This document shows positions 37,301 to 49,600 of a DNA stretch of 64,000 bases, in pieces. How positions within the stretch are numbered: the first letter of the stretch is position 1; the number at the start of each line of letters is the position of its first letter. A program made the position numbers and the translations under genes. Below the pieces are notes generated by a model. It did not search any database and had not been told where the DNA came from. It saw only the letters and a list, made by a program, of their open reading frames with translations. Origin of the DNA: a virus (lineage: Duplodnaviria; Caudoviricetes); IMG/VR virus record IMGVR_UViG_3300050161_000042, positions 24,494 to 88,493 of that record. One strand, given 5' to 3'.

Positions 37301-39606
37301 AATTTATGGAAGCTAATAAATCAGAAGCTCCATCTGTTAAAGGCTCTGGAATATTCGGAACTTCCACAAAGAAAGATATCGAACAAGCAGAAGCTAAAAA
37401 AGCAAAATATCAAAAAGCAAACGAGAGAAAAAAGAAAGACTATTTTGATGCCGAAATTAAAGCTAGAGACTTCGAATTAGATCCAAACAACGAAGGAAAG
37501 AAAAAGAGCGGTGATAAAGATTATTTTGCTGAGCAAAAGAGACTTAGAGGCATAGCTAGAAGAGAAAGATACGACTTTGAAGCATCTAGCCAAAAATTAG
37601 AAAAGGTTACAACTAACGCAGAATTAGTTAAGGGCAATACCTTAAAAGGTAGAGTTACATCTAATCCTCTTGTGAGCAAAGGAATCTCTGGTATAAAGAG
37701 TCTTGGTTTATCTCCAGGTGCTTTAGCTGGTGCTGCCGGATTTGCTGTTGGTTCTGGTCTAGATACATTTGCAGAAAACAGAAAAGAAGTTGCTAACAAA
37801 CAATTAGAGAATGGCGAATACTCTAAATTCAAATCAAACTCACAGTTATCTATTGGGGCAAGTGCCCTAGGTGGTGCTGCTAAGGGTGCTGGTACTGGTG
37901 CGGCTATTGGTAGTTTGTTCGGCCCTATAGGTACTGCCGCTGGTGCTGCCGCTGGCGGATTGATTGGATTCGTTGCTGCGACCGCAGACGCTTCTAAGCA
38001 ATTAAAAGATATGAATCTAAAGATCTTTGATGCAACAATGGAGCAGTCAGCAAAAGCAGTAAAGAACTTTGAAAACGGCGTTTTAAACATCACTCAATAT
38101 CTAGACAAGAGAGAAGATGCATTTAATGCAGCTAATGATTCTAGAAGAGACGCTGGAGTAAAAGAAAGCGAAGAAAAAGCTGGATACTTTGGCACTGGTG
38201 GATACTTTGATAGATCGATTAATGGATCGCTAGATTCAAGGGCAAATACAGAAGCTAGATTTGGTAAAGGTATAGCCGGAAGAACAGCCAAGGGTGCCGA
38301 TGATTTCTTTAGTAATAGCAGTGGTCTTAAAGCCTTAACGGGTTATAATATTTCTGACTACGTTGGCTCTTACACCGATAGTAAAGAAACAAAAGAAAAG
38401 GGTAGAAACCTTGGATACGCTAACGCCCTAGCTGGAAAGAGTAAAGTCGATCTAGAAAAGGATGCAGAAACATTCCAAAAGCAACAAGGCTCAGAAGGAA
38501 CTAATCTATCTAACATTATTGGAAACAAGAAGTTTAGTAAGGCTAACCAAAGACTCGCCCTAGAAGGTGGTAAAGATGAAAAGGGTAAGGCTGTAGTTGG
38601 TAGAAAGCAAGAGCTAGAAATCCTAAACAAAGAGTTAGAATCTACAAAGAACATATTAAAAGAACAAGGCAAACTTAATGGCGAAGTAGAAAAAAATATT
38701 TCCGCTAAACAAGAAATCCTTAGAGTCCAAAAGCAACAGTTTGATATTCTTACTGCTCAATTGAATCTTGAAGAAAAACTTTCTAAGCTAGAATCTGTTA
38801 GAATGAAAGTTCTATCTAGTTTCAGAGGGGCAGAGCTTAATGCTAGCCAGAAAGAAAGCGATCTAACATCTGGATCAACTAGTCAAGAAAGAGTACAGCA
38901 AGACTTTGAGTTCTCTTCTAAGAATATTGGAAGGTTGCCTCAAGCTCTAGAATCTATCAAGAAAGCCTCAGAAGAACAAATAGCTTTATCGGGCGGTGCT
39001 AATTCAGAAAAAGGTAAGTACATCCAAGAATCCGCCGACACTCTTTCAAGTACTTTAAGTAACTTTGAAAAGATTAGAACTAATGGATTTGATCTTAACA
39101 AAAATGATGGAAGTAGCGAAAAGATTCAAAGCATTAAAGACCAAATTGAAAAAGGCTTTAACGGTAATGAAATAGGTAAACTACTTGCTGAAAAAGTTAG
39201 TGTTGACGATGGTATCTTAACAAACGGTAAAGACGAAGAAATCTTCAAGGCTGTTTTAGAGAGTCTAGAAAAGACATTCGATGAGAACAAAGATAAGTTA
39301 GGTGGTGTTATTCTTGATTCCGCTAAGGTTCTTGGCGATCAACAAAGAAAACAAGCTGAGCTTATCCTAAAGGTAAACTCTGCCTATGAACAACAACTTA
39401 ATAGTTTGAAGCAAGGTGTTGACTTAAGAAGAGAAGGTGCCCAATTCAGAGCAGAAGGTTCTGGAAGAATAGCTTCTCCTGGTGAGTCATACGGTTTCGA
39501 TGTACAAAAAGCTAATCTAGAACTATCTAGAGTTGACGACACATTCAATGGTAATGGAGTCGTGAGGTTTGTCTGTTGGTACTGGTTCTTCGAGAGAAAT
39601 AGTTGA
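34396..39606 (+). CDS. Tail tape measure protein (N-terminal part)
   Basis: TP901-type core (DFEKQMVRVSQVTG...LAQAGFSA...LAAIFTSVRATTRESAESIGTALKT), Ala/Gly-rich amphipathic segments, and F..GG.VPG.GNKDSVPAML motifs. Confidence 0.9.
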   Translation: MAKFVYSLQLQMREPAELGKIVRNIESQFSGIDATVKVNVKSQGVASTIRQVKELKQATAEANNTAEALAKTFAISFKRFVTFSLATRTVGAFTSGLSSAFNEAIDFEKQMVRVSQVTGKTLPDLRDLNKEITRLAVGLGVSSKTLLDVSLTLAQAGFSANDTKVALEALAKTELAPTFTDIKKTTEGAIALFNQFGEGAGALAGQLGAINKVSADFAVESDDLIDVVRRVGGVFKASGGSLNELLAIFTSVRATTRESAESIGTALKTIFVRIQRPQTLEYLKKLGVDLKDVEGKFVGPLKATQLLNEAFGKLEQGDPKFIQIAEELGGYRQIGKVIPLLQQYAIAEKALQSAKKGAGSLDSDAAKAQETLANKIVKVKEEFEALVRSIYESPVFQTMANSSLQFASSLLKVASALKDIIPLIGIFATLKIAKTAGSFLGSFGRNLKNPQGFAEGGPVPGAGNKDSVPAMLMPGEFVLNKKAVSKIGMGRLNSMNNGGTPDTKDGVQYFADGGFVTNKKKRVGGFFLAGTKSGKASSNYVFDNDIVRKDKDKQTHRLFAGSDIDTFVLSRDDVQKNENIVGMIKDDVKQNVLPMVNAITKTLSKQLNMKPIITPDTAEMLGVEKNLVNDSGLISTITGYMTEGAYHALTGLPRQGGNSTFDFLFKDISSETKEKLAELFSEPVSKFDNLTHIDAKPYLDAKQTKEIGQKMIRSATDEAGKAESVISTGTLTFKKDRANSDPASLLPYSRDIKEKPKNTQGDLRSKLESKGLGAREINTVLSRLENKDTSYSKTLNSALKRLGVSSINDVLNFNTGGSVPGVGNKDSVPAMLTPGEFVLNKKAVKKYGMSKLMQMNGGAIGKSKDGIQHFSTGGPVDPFSAFKVTEKKEEKSSGGLLGGEVSKTTQALFGLGATASVLSQSLSAVIDPASALGQGLSVASTLAIQFGTSFGLFKIGLEKAKGGIQQFTEFMEANKSEAPSVKGSGIFGTSTKKDIEQAEAKKAKYQKANERKKKDYFDAEIKARDFELDPNNEGKKKSGDKDYFAEQKRLRGIARRERYDFEASSQKLEKVTTNAELVKGNTLKGRVTSNPLVSKGISGIKSLGLSPGALAGAAGFAVGSGLDTFAENRKEVANKQLENGEYSKFKSNSQLSIGASALGGAAKGAGTGAAIGSLFGPIGTAAGAAAGGLIGFVAATADASKQLKDMNLKIFDATMEQSAKAVKNFENGVLNITQYLDKREDAFNAANDSRRDAGVKESEEKAGYFGTGGYFDRSINGSLDSRANTEARFGKGIAGRTAKGADDFFSNSSGLKALTGYNISDYVGSYTDSKETKEKGRNLGYANALAGKSKVDLEKDAETFQKQQGSEGTNLSNIIGNKKFSKANQRLALEGGKDEKGKAVVGRKQELEILNKELESTKNILKEQGKLNGEVEKNISAKQEILRVQKQQFDILTAQLNLEEKLSKLESVRMKVLSSFRGAELNASQKESDLTSGSTSQERVQQDFEFSSKNIGRLPQALESIKKASEEQIALSGGANSEKGKYIQESADTLSSTLSNFEKIRTNGFDLNKNDGSSEKIQSIKDQIEKGFNGNEIGKLLAEKVSVDDGILTNGKDEEIFKAVLESLEKTFDENKDKLGGVILDSAKVLGDQQRKQAELILKVNSAYEQQLNSLKQGVDLRREGAQFRAEGSGRIASPGESYGFDVQKANLELSRVDDTFNGNGVVRFVCWYWFFERNS
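35749..37020 (+). repeat. Two copies of a ~60-aa module in the tape measure (GG.VPG.GNKDSVPAML.PGEFVLNKKAV), 1080 bp apart
   Basis: Copies begin at 35761 and 36841. Confidence 0.9.
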
Positions 39607-40636
39607 TGCTGGAAATGAACTAGCTAAGAAATTCAAAGAGAGCCAAGACAAACTTAACCAAGGCGGATTGAATCCAGAAGAAAGAACTCAGACTTCTGCT
39701 AATCAAGATAAACTTGCGGCATCATTAACAACCCTTATTGATCTTAACAGACAACAAGCAGATGCTATCAAGAAGAATATTGATATAATCGAAAAGAAGA
39801 ACGAACTAGATAAAGCAAGTATCAAAGATTTACTTAATGGTGACGTATTCTCGTTCATTAAGAAGCAACAAGCTAAGGGTGCCCAGGCAGCAATCGCTAG
39901 TGGTGATACTAGATTAACTAGATCATTTGGTGCTGAGGCTATTGGTGGAGCTTTACAAAACGCAGAAGAACAAAAGGCTTTAGGTGCTACAAACATATAT
40001 GGTAAGGATATTAACAAATTTATCCAAGCCGGAACTGAACAAGGTCTATCGTTAAGAGGTGCTGACCCAGAGTTGGCCGCTGCTTATACTGGTCAAAGTC
40101 CAGAACTTCTTCAACAGAAGAGAAAACTTTCGGAAGTTGGTAACACAAGCAATTCATTAGCAAATAATTTAGATTCTTTAGCTAACAGCAAATTTAGTGA
40201 ATCTACAAATCTCTTTGCTGAAACAGTAAGAGTATTTAGAGAAACCCTAGCTGGAAACAACGCTAATGTACCAGTTGGAGGTCCAGGGCAAATTGCAGCC
40301 GCTGCACAAGCCGCGAATGTTAAGCCACAGGGTCAAATTGCCGCTAATATAAACAATGGGGCCGGTCCTCAAGTTGCTGGTGGTCCAGCTATGTCAGAGA
40401 AAGATTTATCTAATCTGGCTACCTTTAGTTCATCGGTTAAAGAGTTATCTGCTGCTGTTGAAAAATTATCACAATCTAAGATTCAGCTTAGCCTAGCTCC
40501 GACTCAGCATACGGTGAATATCACTGGTGCAGACGTACTTGCAGCAATAGGACCAAAGGTTGAAGAATTAGTGTATACAAAAATAGCAGAAAGATTTAAA
40601 ACCTTTAAAGAAGAACTAAATAGAGGAAGAGTTTAG
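39569..40636 (+). CDS. Tape measure C-terminal segment in +1 frame (split gene or separate TTG-start gene)
   Basis: Helical Q/A/K-rich sequence continuing tape-measure character. Overlaps the upstream ORF by 38 nt. Its frame is open only from 39566. Confidence 0.6.
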   Translation: MSVGTGSSREIVDAGNELAKKFKESQDKLNQGGLNPEERTQTSANQDKLAASLTTLIDLNRQQADAIKKNIDIIEKKNELDKASIKDLLNGDVFSFIKKQQAKGAQAAIASGDTRLTRSFGAEAIGGALQNAEEQKALGATNIYGKDINKFIQAGTEQGLSLRGADPELAAAYTGQSPELLQQKRKLSEVGNTSNSLANNLDSLANSKFSESTNLFAETVRVFRETLAGNNANVPVGGPGQIAAAAQAANVKPQGQIAANINNGAGPQVAGGPAMSEKDLSNLATFSSSVKELSAAVEKLSQSKIQLSLAPTQHTVNITGADVLAAIGPKVEELVYTKIAERFKTFKEELNRGRV

Positions 40637-40637
40637 G

Positions 40638-43600
40638 ATGGGATGCGACAATTGCGAAAATGTTCTATCTGTTAAGATAAAGTCCATATCAAAAGTAAAA
40701 GCTAGACTTACGGCAAGATTCGCTCCTTCCGTATCTGTAGTGGGCGATTCTACGCTCAAACTCAATAGCGTATCAAACTTTATTGATATGAGCGGTACTT
40801 TCAAGGGTATCTCTAAATTTAAATCTAAATTAAACCTAGAGGCAAGGAATACTCAGACATTCACTGGGGAAGCTAGGGTAAGACAAAAGAACAACATGAA
40901 CTTTAGCATGATGCCTAAAGTTACCGTAAATGGAGAAGTTGTTACTAATCTTGATAAATTCGTTGGATCATTCAGTGATACCACAAATTACGAAAAGCTT
41001 TATCCAGACTTTGACTACAGCAGTTTCATGTATTTCCCTAATAGTGGGGTTAGACTTACTGACGTAGTTGATGAAGGTGTCTACTCTGGCCCATACCACG
41101 TTAATGGTGTTCCTTCTCAGATTTACTTCGATGACTCAAATTACATCTACAGCAACAATAGAAACGGCGGTAATGTAGTATTCGGTCTATCTAGTCCTAC
41201 TAAGTCCTTTAAAGAAAGCAAGGCTATCATTAGGGCTTCTTCTAACTCTGCCTACAAAATTCACGATATAGAATTTAAAGATCCTATCGGTAGAACTATA
41301 TGCAAATATGAAGACATAATAGTTTCGGGCGATGAGTCTTTCACTACATACTCAAGCAATCCAGTAATTGATAATGGAACTAAGTATAGTTGGGATGAAG
41401 ACTTTATCACTTTAGATCAAGATGTCGGCCCAGGTAATACTGGTGTATTCTATGATAACTTTAACATCTATGGTTTGCTACAATACAGTATTCAGAACAC
41501 AGCCTACTTTACACTGAACTTTAAAACTTCTGTATTAAATGAAGATAGATTTAGTTCATTCGATAATGGTTTTGATGACTTCTTTGATGATAGCGATTTC
41601 GGTTCTAGATACATAAGAGTATCTGCAACAGAAGTTTCTAACAGTGGAGACTTCGGGTTCTTCAAAGATGAGTTCCTACCTTTCTATATTGGCGTACAAG
41701 AAAAAGGATTAAGAATCCAGAAATCTATCAAGCCACAGAAATTCTATGCCGATGATAAAGTTCAGCCACTAGTTAATTCCGTATGGACAGGAACTTATGG
41801 CTATACAAACCAAAACGAAACAGGTAGAGTTAATCTAGGTAGTCAGCTAGCAGAATCATACGATTTCTCTAATGCTGTATTAACATCTGGATCGGCTGGT
41901 TTTGGTGATCTAAAACTACAGTTCGGTCTACAAGACGATTCATACTCATTCTCTTACAAGAATGGAGAGTTCGCTTTTGCTTTTGACGAAAGAGAATTCC
42001 CTGTAGCTAAACTAAGTAAAGACTTCACAGACAAGTCATGGTTCATCGTAGATGAAATCTTCCTTAAAGTAAGAGCAAGAAAAGCTACTGGAGGTAGCGA
42101 TTTCGCCCTAGACGTTGTTGGTTATACTGATGATGGTCTTCTAAATATTTCTACTCCTTTCAATTTCTTAGACAATAGATCTATTGGTTCTGGTACAACA
42201 CCGCTTGGAAGTGGTTGGAACAATCTTGATAATGAATCAATAGCTGGTGAAGCTATCTCTGATCTATCAGAATATTTCGAAGGTGCCCCTCAAGGTTCTA
42301 ACCACTATCAAATAACTGATGATGTAGTTGTAAACTCTGAAACATTCCAAGAATACTTAGTGCCCCTAAGAATCTTGAAGAAAGATGGTATCGGTGAGCC
42401 AAAAGATTACTCACAGCTTCCTTCTTTTGAAAAGCTATTCGTTGATATCTATCCAATCCCAGTGGGTGCGGCTTTCTCTAGTGTTGAACTAGTTGTTACA
42501 TACAAGCCATCTAATGCCCTATCACTTTCAGTACTTGGTGGAAATCTAGCTAGAATTGAAAAGACTAGATCAGAAAGTTCCCTAAAACCAATCGCTCAAG
42601 GCGTAAATGATGATATAGTAAACAATGGATCAGGTCTTCACTCCCTAATAGAAAATATCCCTCACGGATTTAAAACTCCAGCGACCCTAAAGACAAACTA
42701 TGCTAGAAGATGGGCTGGTGTAGAAGGTTCCGTTGTATCTGGACCTTTCAATCCTTATGAATTCGACTTTGGTTTTAGTAATCCTCAACTAAGTACTCCT
42801 TTTATAAATGGGTACTATGACTTCTCTCTTTCTTCTGGTAATTATGTTTTGCCCAAGAAAGAAAAATACTCATTGGCTCAACCAATACAATTTTCTTCCC
42901 TTACAAGGTTAAAAAATGTTGGACTAAGACAGGGAACCAAGACAATACTATTAGATTCTCCACATGCTTATGAATCAGTAGCTACAGAAGAAGTTTTAGC
43001 GGCAGACGCATATGACACAGTTCTATTAAATAGACCTAGTGCTACTCTTCCTTTGAATTCTGTTGGATTCTCTATCTATCTTAAGTTTACTCTACAAGAT
43101 TATTCTCCTGCTAATATACTTACGGCGACTGGATTAAGTTTAGATACAACTTCATCTTCGTTTAGATTGACAGTAGGATCAAGTAATATCTCTGTTCCTT
43201 ACTTCCAAAACAAACAGTTTCCTTACTATTTGATTTTAACTTACAATGAACACAATAATGGTAAGTTGTCTCTATATGGAAAACACGATTCAGAAGAAAC
43301 TATCTACAAAGCAGATATAGCTTTTGCGGGCGGCATTAATACTGCAATCCTAAACGCTAATTTCCATCTACATGAGTTAGGGCTTTCTAATAATAATATA
43401 ATCGATGGAGATATCTATACTCCTAATCTGTTAGCTAAAGAGCTTACTGTTCAGAGTTTCTTAGACGGAAAATCTATGTACTGGTCACAACCAGGAGATT
43501 CTGCCGAAGATAACCAATATTCTTTACCGTCATATATCGATGAATCAACTCTAGACTTTGATCTTGGTGCTTTCAGAAGTAATCAGTTCACTAGTGAATT

Positions 43601-46600
43601 CGATATGTTTACAAAAAGAGTCGGAAAAGACTTTATTGGATTCAATCTAAATGGGAGTGGAGCATACAATACACAACTAGAAAATGACTTCTTGAGATTT
43701 AACCTTTCTGATACGGCGGAAAACTTCTATTCTACAACAGTTAGAATCGAAAAGGGTCTTACAGAAGGATATATCTTTAATAAGAGAGCTATCGTTGCAG
43801 AAACTGTAGTAGATTACTCGCAAGAAGGTTCTGTGGTTTGGTCTGACGGAAAAGTCGGTCCTAAGCTTATAGTATCTCTTTATACTAAAAACAGCTACAC
43901 TCAAGAAATGTATCCAGATATTGCTTCCGTTAGTGGAGATATCTGTTTAGTAAATAGAAAAGAATTCTATCTTGATCCTTGGATGTCGTGGGAAAGACTT
44001 GATTGCACATTCGATCCAGAAACATATTGGGGATACAACAAACCTCACGTATTTGACGCTGAGTTTGACCACAAATATTTCCCTAAGAATCTAGATACAA
44101 TGTTCCTACAGTACGATCTAGAAGTTCCATCTGGAAATCAGTACAGTATCAATCTTAACATTCACGCTGCCACGGTAGTTCTTGATGACGCAATAGTGAA
44201 AGCTACAGAAGTATTTAACTCTGTAAACATTCACTCAATCGCTGAGTTCATGGAACCAGGAAGTTTGCCCCTAGTAATAGATGTACTTGAGACACTTGAT
44301 GATTCTTTAATACTTCACTCTGTATCTGATAATCCACCATCAGAAAATGAATCTGTTAATTTAATTGCGTTAGGTGGTACTTGGTCAAACGGATCACTAA
44401 GCCTATTAACTATTGCTAGTGTAACATTATCTTCGGATGTATTATTACATACAAACTGTCAGTTTGATTATGCGATGCTAAATCTATTAGCGTTCAACGA
44501 TCAAGAGACTGTGCCATTTAATGTATTCTTGCCTATGGTTACAGACTGTGCTTTCGATAGCACAGTTAGATCGGCGTTTAATCTGACATGCTTTAGCTCA
44601 ATAGTTTCACCAAGACAAGTATATGATGGATCAGAAACTTTACCTCTTTATGTGACTGTACAGTCTCCAACAGAATCTTCATTTAGATCATCTGCTATCA
44701 ACCTTTATGTTCCAGGTCCAAAGATTGGTGTAGAAAATCTTAATCTATTTATGAATGGTATAGATTTAGATCCAATGAAAGCTAGTGGGCAACTTAATCT
44801 GCACACAATTGCTTATCCATTAATTTACTTAAATGGAAGCGGTACACCTCTTATCTCTTGGAATACAAACAACGTAGGAAGAGGAACAGAAGAATTTGAT
44901 GAAACTTCCTTATCTATTCCAGCAAGTGCTGATATTAGAGACCAACAGGGAATTTGTTGGGGTGATTGTTCAGGTTCTGGGACTTGCCAAGAATTAGAAG
45001 TAGAGACACACGGAACAGTATGGTATGAAGCTGAGTGTGTACAGGGCGGTATCTTAAGACCTTATAGACTGAACAACCAAGATCAAAACCCAGACTATTA
45101 TGAGGGCGGATTCTACGGTGCTAGAAAGTACACTGGATTATTCCCCAATTCTGCTTATGACATTACAATGTCAATCAAGACTGGATCGACAGATTCTTAC
45201 GATGTTCCTAATGTATTCGAAGAATGGGAATACGGAAGACTTGGAGATATTCAATACAGCGGTGTTAAACTAGTAGCAGAGCAAAGATTTGTACACGACA
45301 ACTATGGTAAAGTAGTTAAGACTAAGGGCGACCTTACAGCCGTATCTGCCCCTGGTAGAGTTGTTGGTGGATATGACAAAGCTGGATCAGTTTTCTTATA
45401 CAGAAGACAAGCAGAAGTCGCCGGTAGAAAAGCCGCTTGGTCACTAGAAGAAGAATTAACTCTTCCTAGTGGATTCATCAATGATTACTATTATGAAGTA
45501 CCAGGAAGAATAACAATCCCAACAATTGGAACAATCCCAGAAAGACAATGGCAGATTGGACAAGAAGGAAGGGAATTTGGTCACTCTATTGATTTGGCAA
45601 AGACAGAAGACAGAGAACTATTAGTGGTTGGTGGTCCAGGTGCTAAGTGGTCAAGAACATTCGATAACATTGAAACATCTGGTGTAAACTTTGCCCTATT
45701 CATTTTCAGTGATGAATTTGATGCAAACACATACTACTTCGATAAACTGTTTGAAAAGCTAGAAATCAATAATTTCTTGTTTAAGTACTTTGCTGAACCA
45801 GCCGTACACATCAACATGAAGGTTATCAATATCTTCCCAACCGGAATCTTCAATGTAGCAGACGGAAGAAATGATACAGAAGTTGTAGTTCCTAAATACA
45901 ACAATCCAAATGTAATTGTACAGACAATCCCAAGAACTATACTTAACCAACCCATCAATGAGGAAACTCAAGAGATAATGGTTAGTGGTATGAAGAATGC
46001 CCTACAAAGAGCTTATCCTTTCAATTCTGGTGAGATTGATAATAACATTCCTCCACTTGTTGGATTCTATGTAGATAATAGCAGATCGCTTGGAAGACAA
46101 GCCGTAGAACCAGCTATCGATAGATTCTTTAACTTCTACCAAGATTACGCTTTCCAAAGCGGTGTTAAAGATTTCTATGGAGTTCCAAGTAGTGGATTCC
46201 TATATGAAAAAGAATTAACAAGACAAGATGATGGAGAATCACATTTTGCCCTATCTAGTGCCCTAATAGATGAGATTCTTGATACTGGAAGGCTTATGCT
46301 ATCTGGTAATGTTAGTTTATTAACTTCTGGAGTTGGACTAGAGTTTGCTAATAATTCGGCCCTAGAGTTCAATCTAGTGCCAGATAGTGGCGGTAGAGTT
46401 TATGTATTTGAAAAGTATGGACAGACATGGGATCTGATACAACAAATCAATTCACCAGATAATGCCGCTACTAAGCTTCCAAATAGATTTGGTCACTCTG
46501 TATCTATTAGTGAAAGCGGAAACGTTATTGCTGTTGGATCGCCCTACATCAGAGAATCTTGCTCAGTATACGAACTTGATAAGAACGAAAGAAATAGACT

Positions 46601-49600
46601 ATATGGCTCTATTGGTCAGTGGTTGAAGTTCAGAGACGAATCTTCTTCTACTCAGGGACAATACTACGAAAAGCTTGCTAGATTCAAGACACTAGAAGAA
46701 GCATCTGGAACAGTTGAAGCTGGAACACAGCTTTATGACGAACTTACACCTAGCGATAAGTTTAAGGCAAGATCGGATAAAGACTTCTGGAGAAATAATG
46801 ACATTAAAGAGTTCAAGAAAGTATATTCATACGGAATGGATGATATTGAAGCTGGTCTAAAGGGCCAATTCCTTAATGTACCAAGAAGAGGTGCCCCTAA
46901 CCCAAGACTTGGATTCAGTTCAAGTATAAACAATGATGGGACAGTTATTGCTTTCGGTTCTCCTACTGACAGTTTAGGTGTTCACGATAATGCTGACTTC
47001 TACTTCAAACATGAATTCTACTTTGATCCAGAGAATCCAACACTTACGTTACCACAAGATGGTACATGGGCATCTAATGTTAATGCTGGTGCTGTTAGAA
47101 TCTTTGAAAGAGAAAGATTAGTTATTCCAACAAGTCCAACATTAGTTCTTGAATACAACAAGTTTGGTAATCTAAGTAATACCCTAAACGGTACAGAAGG
47201 TTATGACGAATTTGGTAATGAAACCAATACTACAGAAATAAGCCAAAACGGCGGATATGATAAGACAGATTTCTCAGACTTTAGAATTCCTGATGAAGCT
47301 GGTGCTATATTCATTGTAACTCCAGAAGTGGATGCTGCTAATGATGAAATCATTGCTGAAATCAAGAGATGGCTAGCCCTTGGAGACAGAAGATTAGTTT
47401 TAGTTGGTGATGATCCTGTTTGGGAAAAGAATGGAGCTTATGCCCAGTCAAACGCAATCATCAATAAGATTCTAGATAGATTAGACTCAAGAATGAGACT
47501 TAATCCAGCTAGAAACGAATACGAAGCTCTTTTAACTAATAACAACTACGACGCTGGCGACCAGTTTAAAACAAACGTAATTAAATCATTTGTTCCTGCG
47601 GGAAGTAACGATACAAGTGTTGAAATCAATAATAATCTAAACGCCTTCGGTGTTGCTGACATTAGATTTTACGCACCAGACATTACATTCACAGATAACA
47701 ACTGGGGCAAGGATGATAAAGTTGTTAATGGAAGAAAGTATGGGCTTTGCAGATTCTACAATCCTCTGTGCGGACCATTCATCGGAGACGGTGGAGACCT
47801 AAGAGCAGAATGGACAGAAAGAGAACTTAAACACCCAGAGCCAGAAGACGATTCTGATCCATATACATATTGGAAGAGAAATCTACCATTTGAATATTTC
47901 AGCAACGGATTGCCTCCAGTTCTTCCTAGAGAAGCTATTAAGATTGCTAAAGATATCAATATCAATAACAAGGGTCTACAACCTAGACCACTTATGGTTG
48001 CCGCTGAATTTAAGGGTATGAGCGGAATTATTCCTGCTGTACCAGAAATTCTTGGTAGAGAACCTATTTATGGCGATGTTGAAGTTGCCGTTGGTCAAGA
48101 ATACTTCTTATTTACAGAAAGTGGATATGACGATGTAGCTTTCAGATGGAAAGATGGCAGCGGAATACTTAACTATGTAAACATGAATCTTACTAACAAC
48201 CCAAGTCTTGGCTTATTCTATAATCCGCCTGAAGACTTTGGTAAGAATCCTCTTTTACAGGCTAGGGGCACAATTTCTACAGTTGGCACAATAGATGAAT
48301 CATATCAAAAAATACATCTAGATAATCATCTAAACTTTGCTTCAAGACAAAGATTTGATGAATCAGAAATCTATTTGATTGCCGGTATTGATTCTGAAAA
48401 TTATAAGAACATAGCTGATTCAAGAGATCATAACATTTCGTTCTACGATAATTTAGTTAAGACTGAATGCGGAACTTCTTTCATCCTACAACTTGGTGGA
48501 TGGACTGGTAGAAATTCATTCAAAGATGCCTTTGTTGGTAAAGAATTTACATCATTACTTCCAGAGATTTTCACTAGTCTTGGTCATACAGTAGAAGAAG
48601 GATGGAACGCCGGATTTATTCCTGCTACTAAAGATGTTCTTTGGATTGCTAATTCATCTGGTGTTCCTACACAGGGCGATGCCGATATTATCTTAGATTG
48701 GTTAAGACTTGGTAATAAGAAACTTGTAATAACATATGATGGAACTCAAGAAAGTGCTTTCACTGCATATCAAATTTGCAATAAGTTAAATACAAGCATC
48801 AGACCTTGGTTCTTGCCAGAAGAAAATGCTATGGCTATGTGGAGCGATAAGAACGCCGTTAAGTCAACAGGTGTTAATTTCACTAACGTAGCAGAATCAG
48901 CCATAATAGGATGTGATCCAGAAAACGCTCAAAAGGTAGAACAATTTAGTTTTATTAGCAAGTTCTGTCCAATACAGACTCAAGAAGGATTCAATATAAT
49001 CTATAACAGCGGTGAAGTTTATGACAGAAAGCTAAACATTGCCGAAGATTATGAAAACCTTATCAAGATGAATACTGGTGTTACTAAGGTACAATTCCCA
49101 GCTATTCCTGGTTCTGGATATAGAATTCACTACAGATGGTACTCAGACTTCCCTGGTGAAAGCCAAGAGATGGATTTATACTGTGGTAATGTTCACTATA
49201 AAGATTCTCCAGAAACAAGGGCGAAAGATCCTCTTACAATTACTGGACAAGAACCTGAATCAATCTACGACTATGATGCAGATGGAGATTTGGTCCTTGC
49301 TGAAAAAGCCTCTGTTAAGAAGACAGTAAAGTCTGTTTCTTTCGGAGAGTCAATTGAAGAAGGGTTTATCGATGTTCAAGTTCCATTTGACAGAGACTTT
49401 ATTAATTTCTTTGCCTGTGGAAATAGATCAAATGTAATCGCTGGAAACACACAAATACCAAGAACATGCAAGCTTCTTGATGTATCTGGAGTTTTACTAC
49501 CTATTGAAAAGAAGGTAGAAACACACAGCTATACCCAAAGAACAATAATTGGATACAGAGATATTGTTATTCAAGAATATGTTCCACCAAGTTCCGTAAT

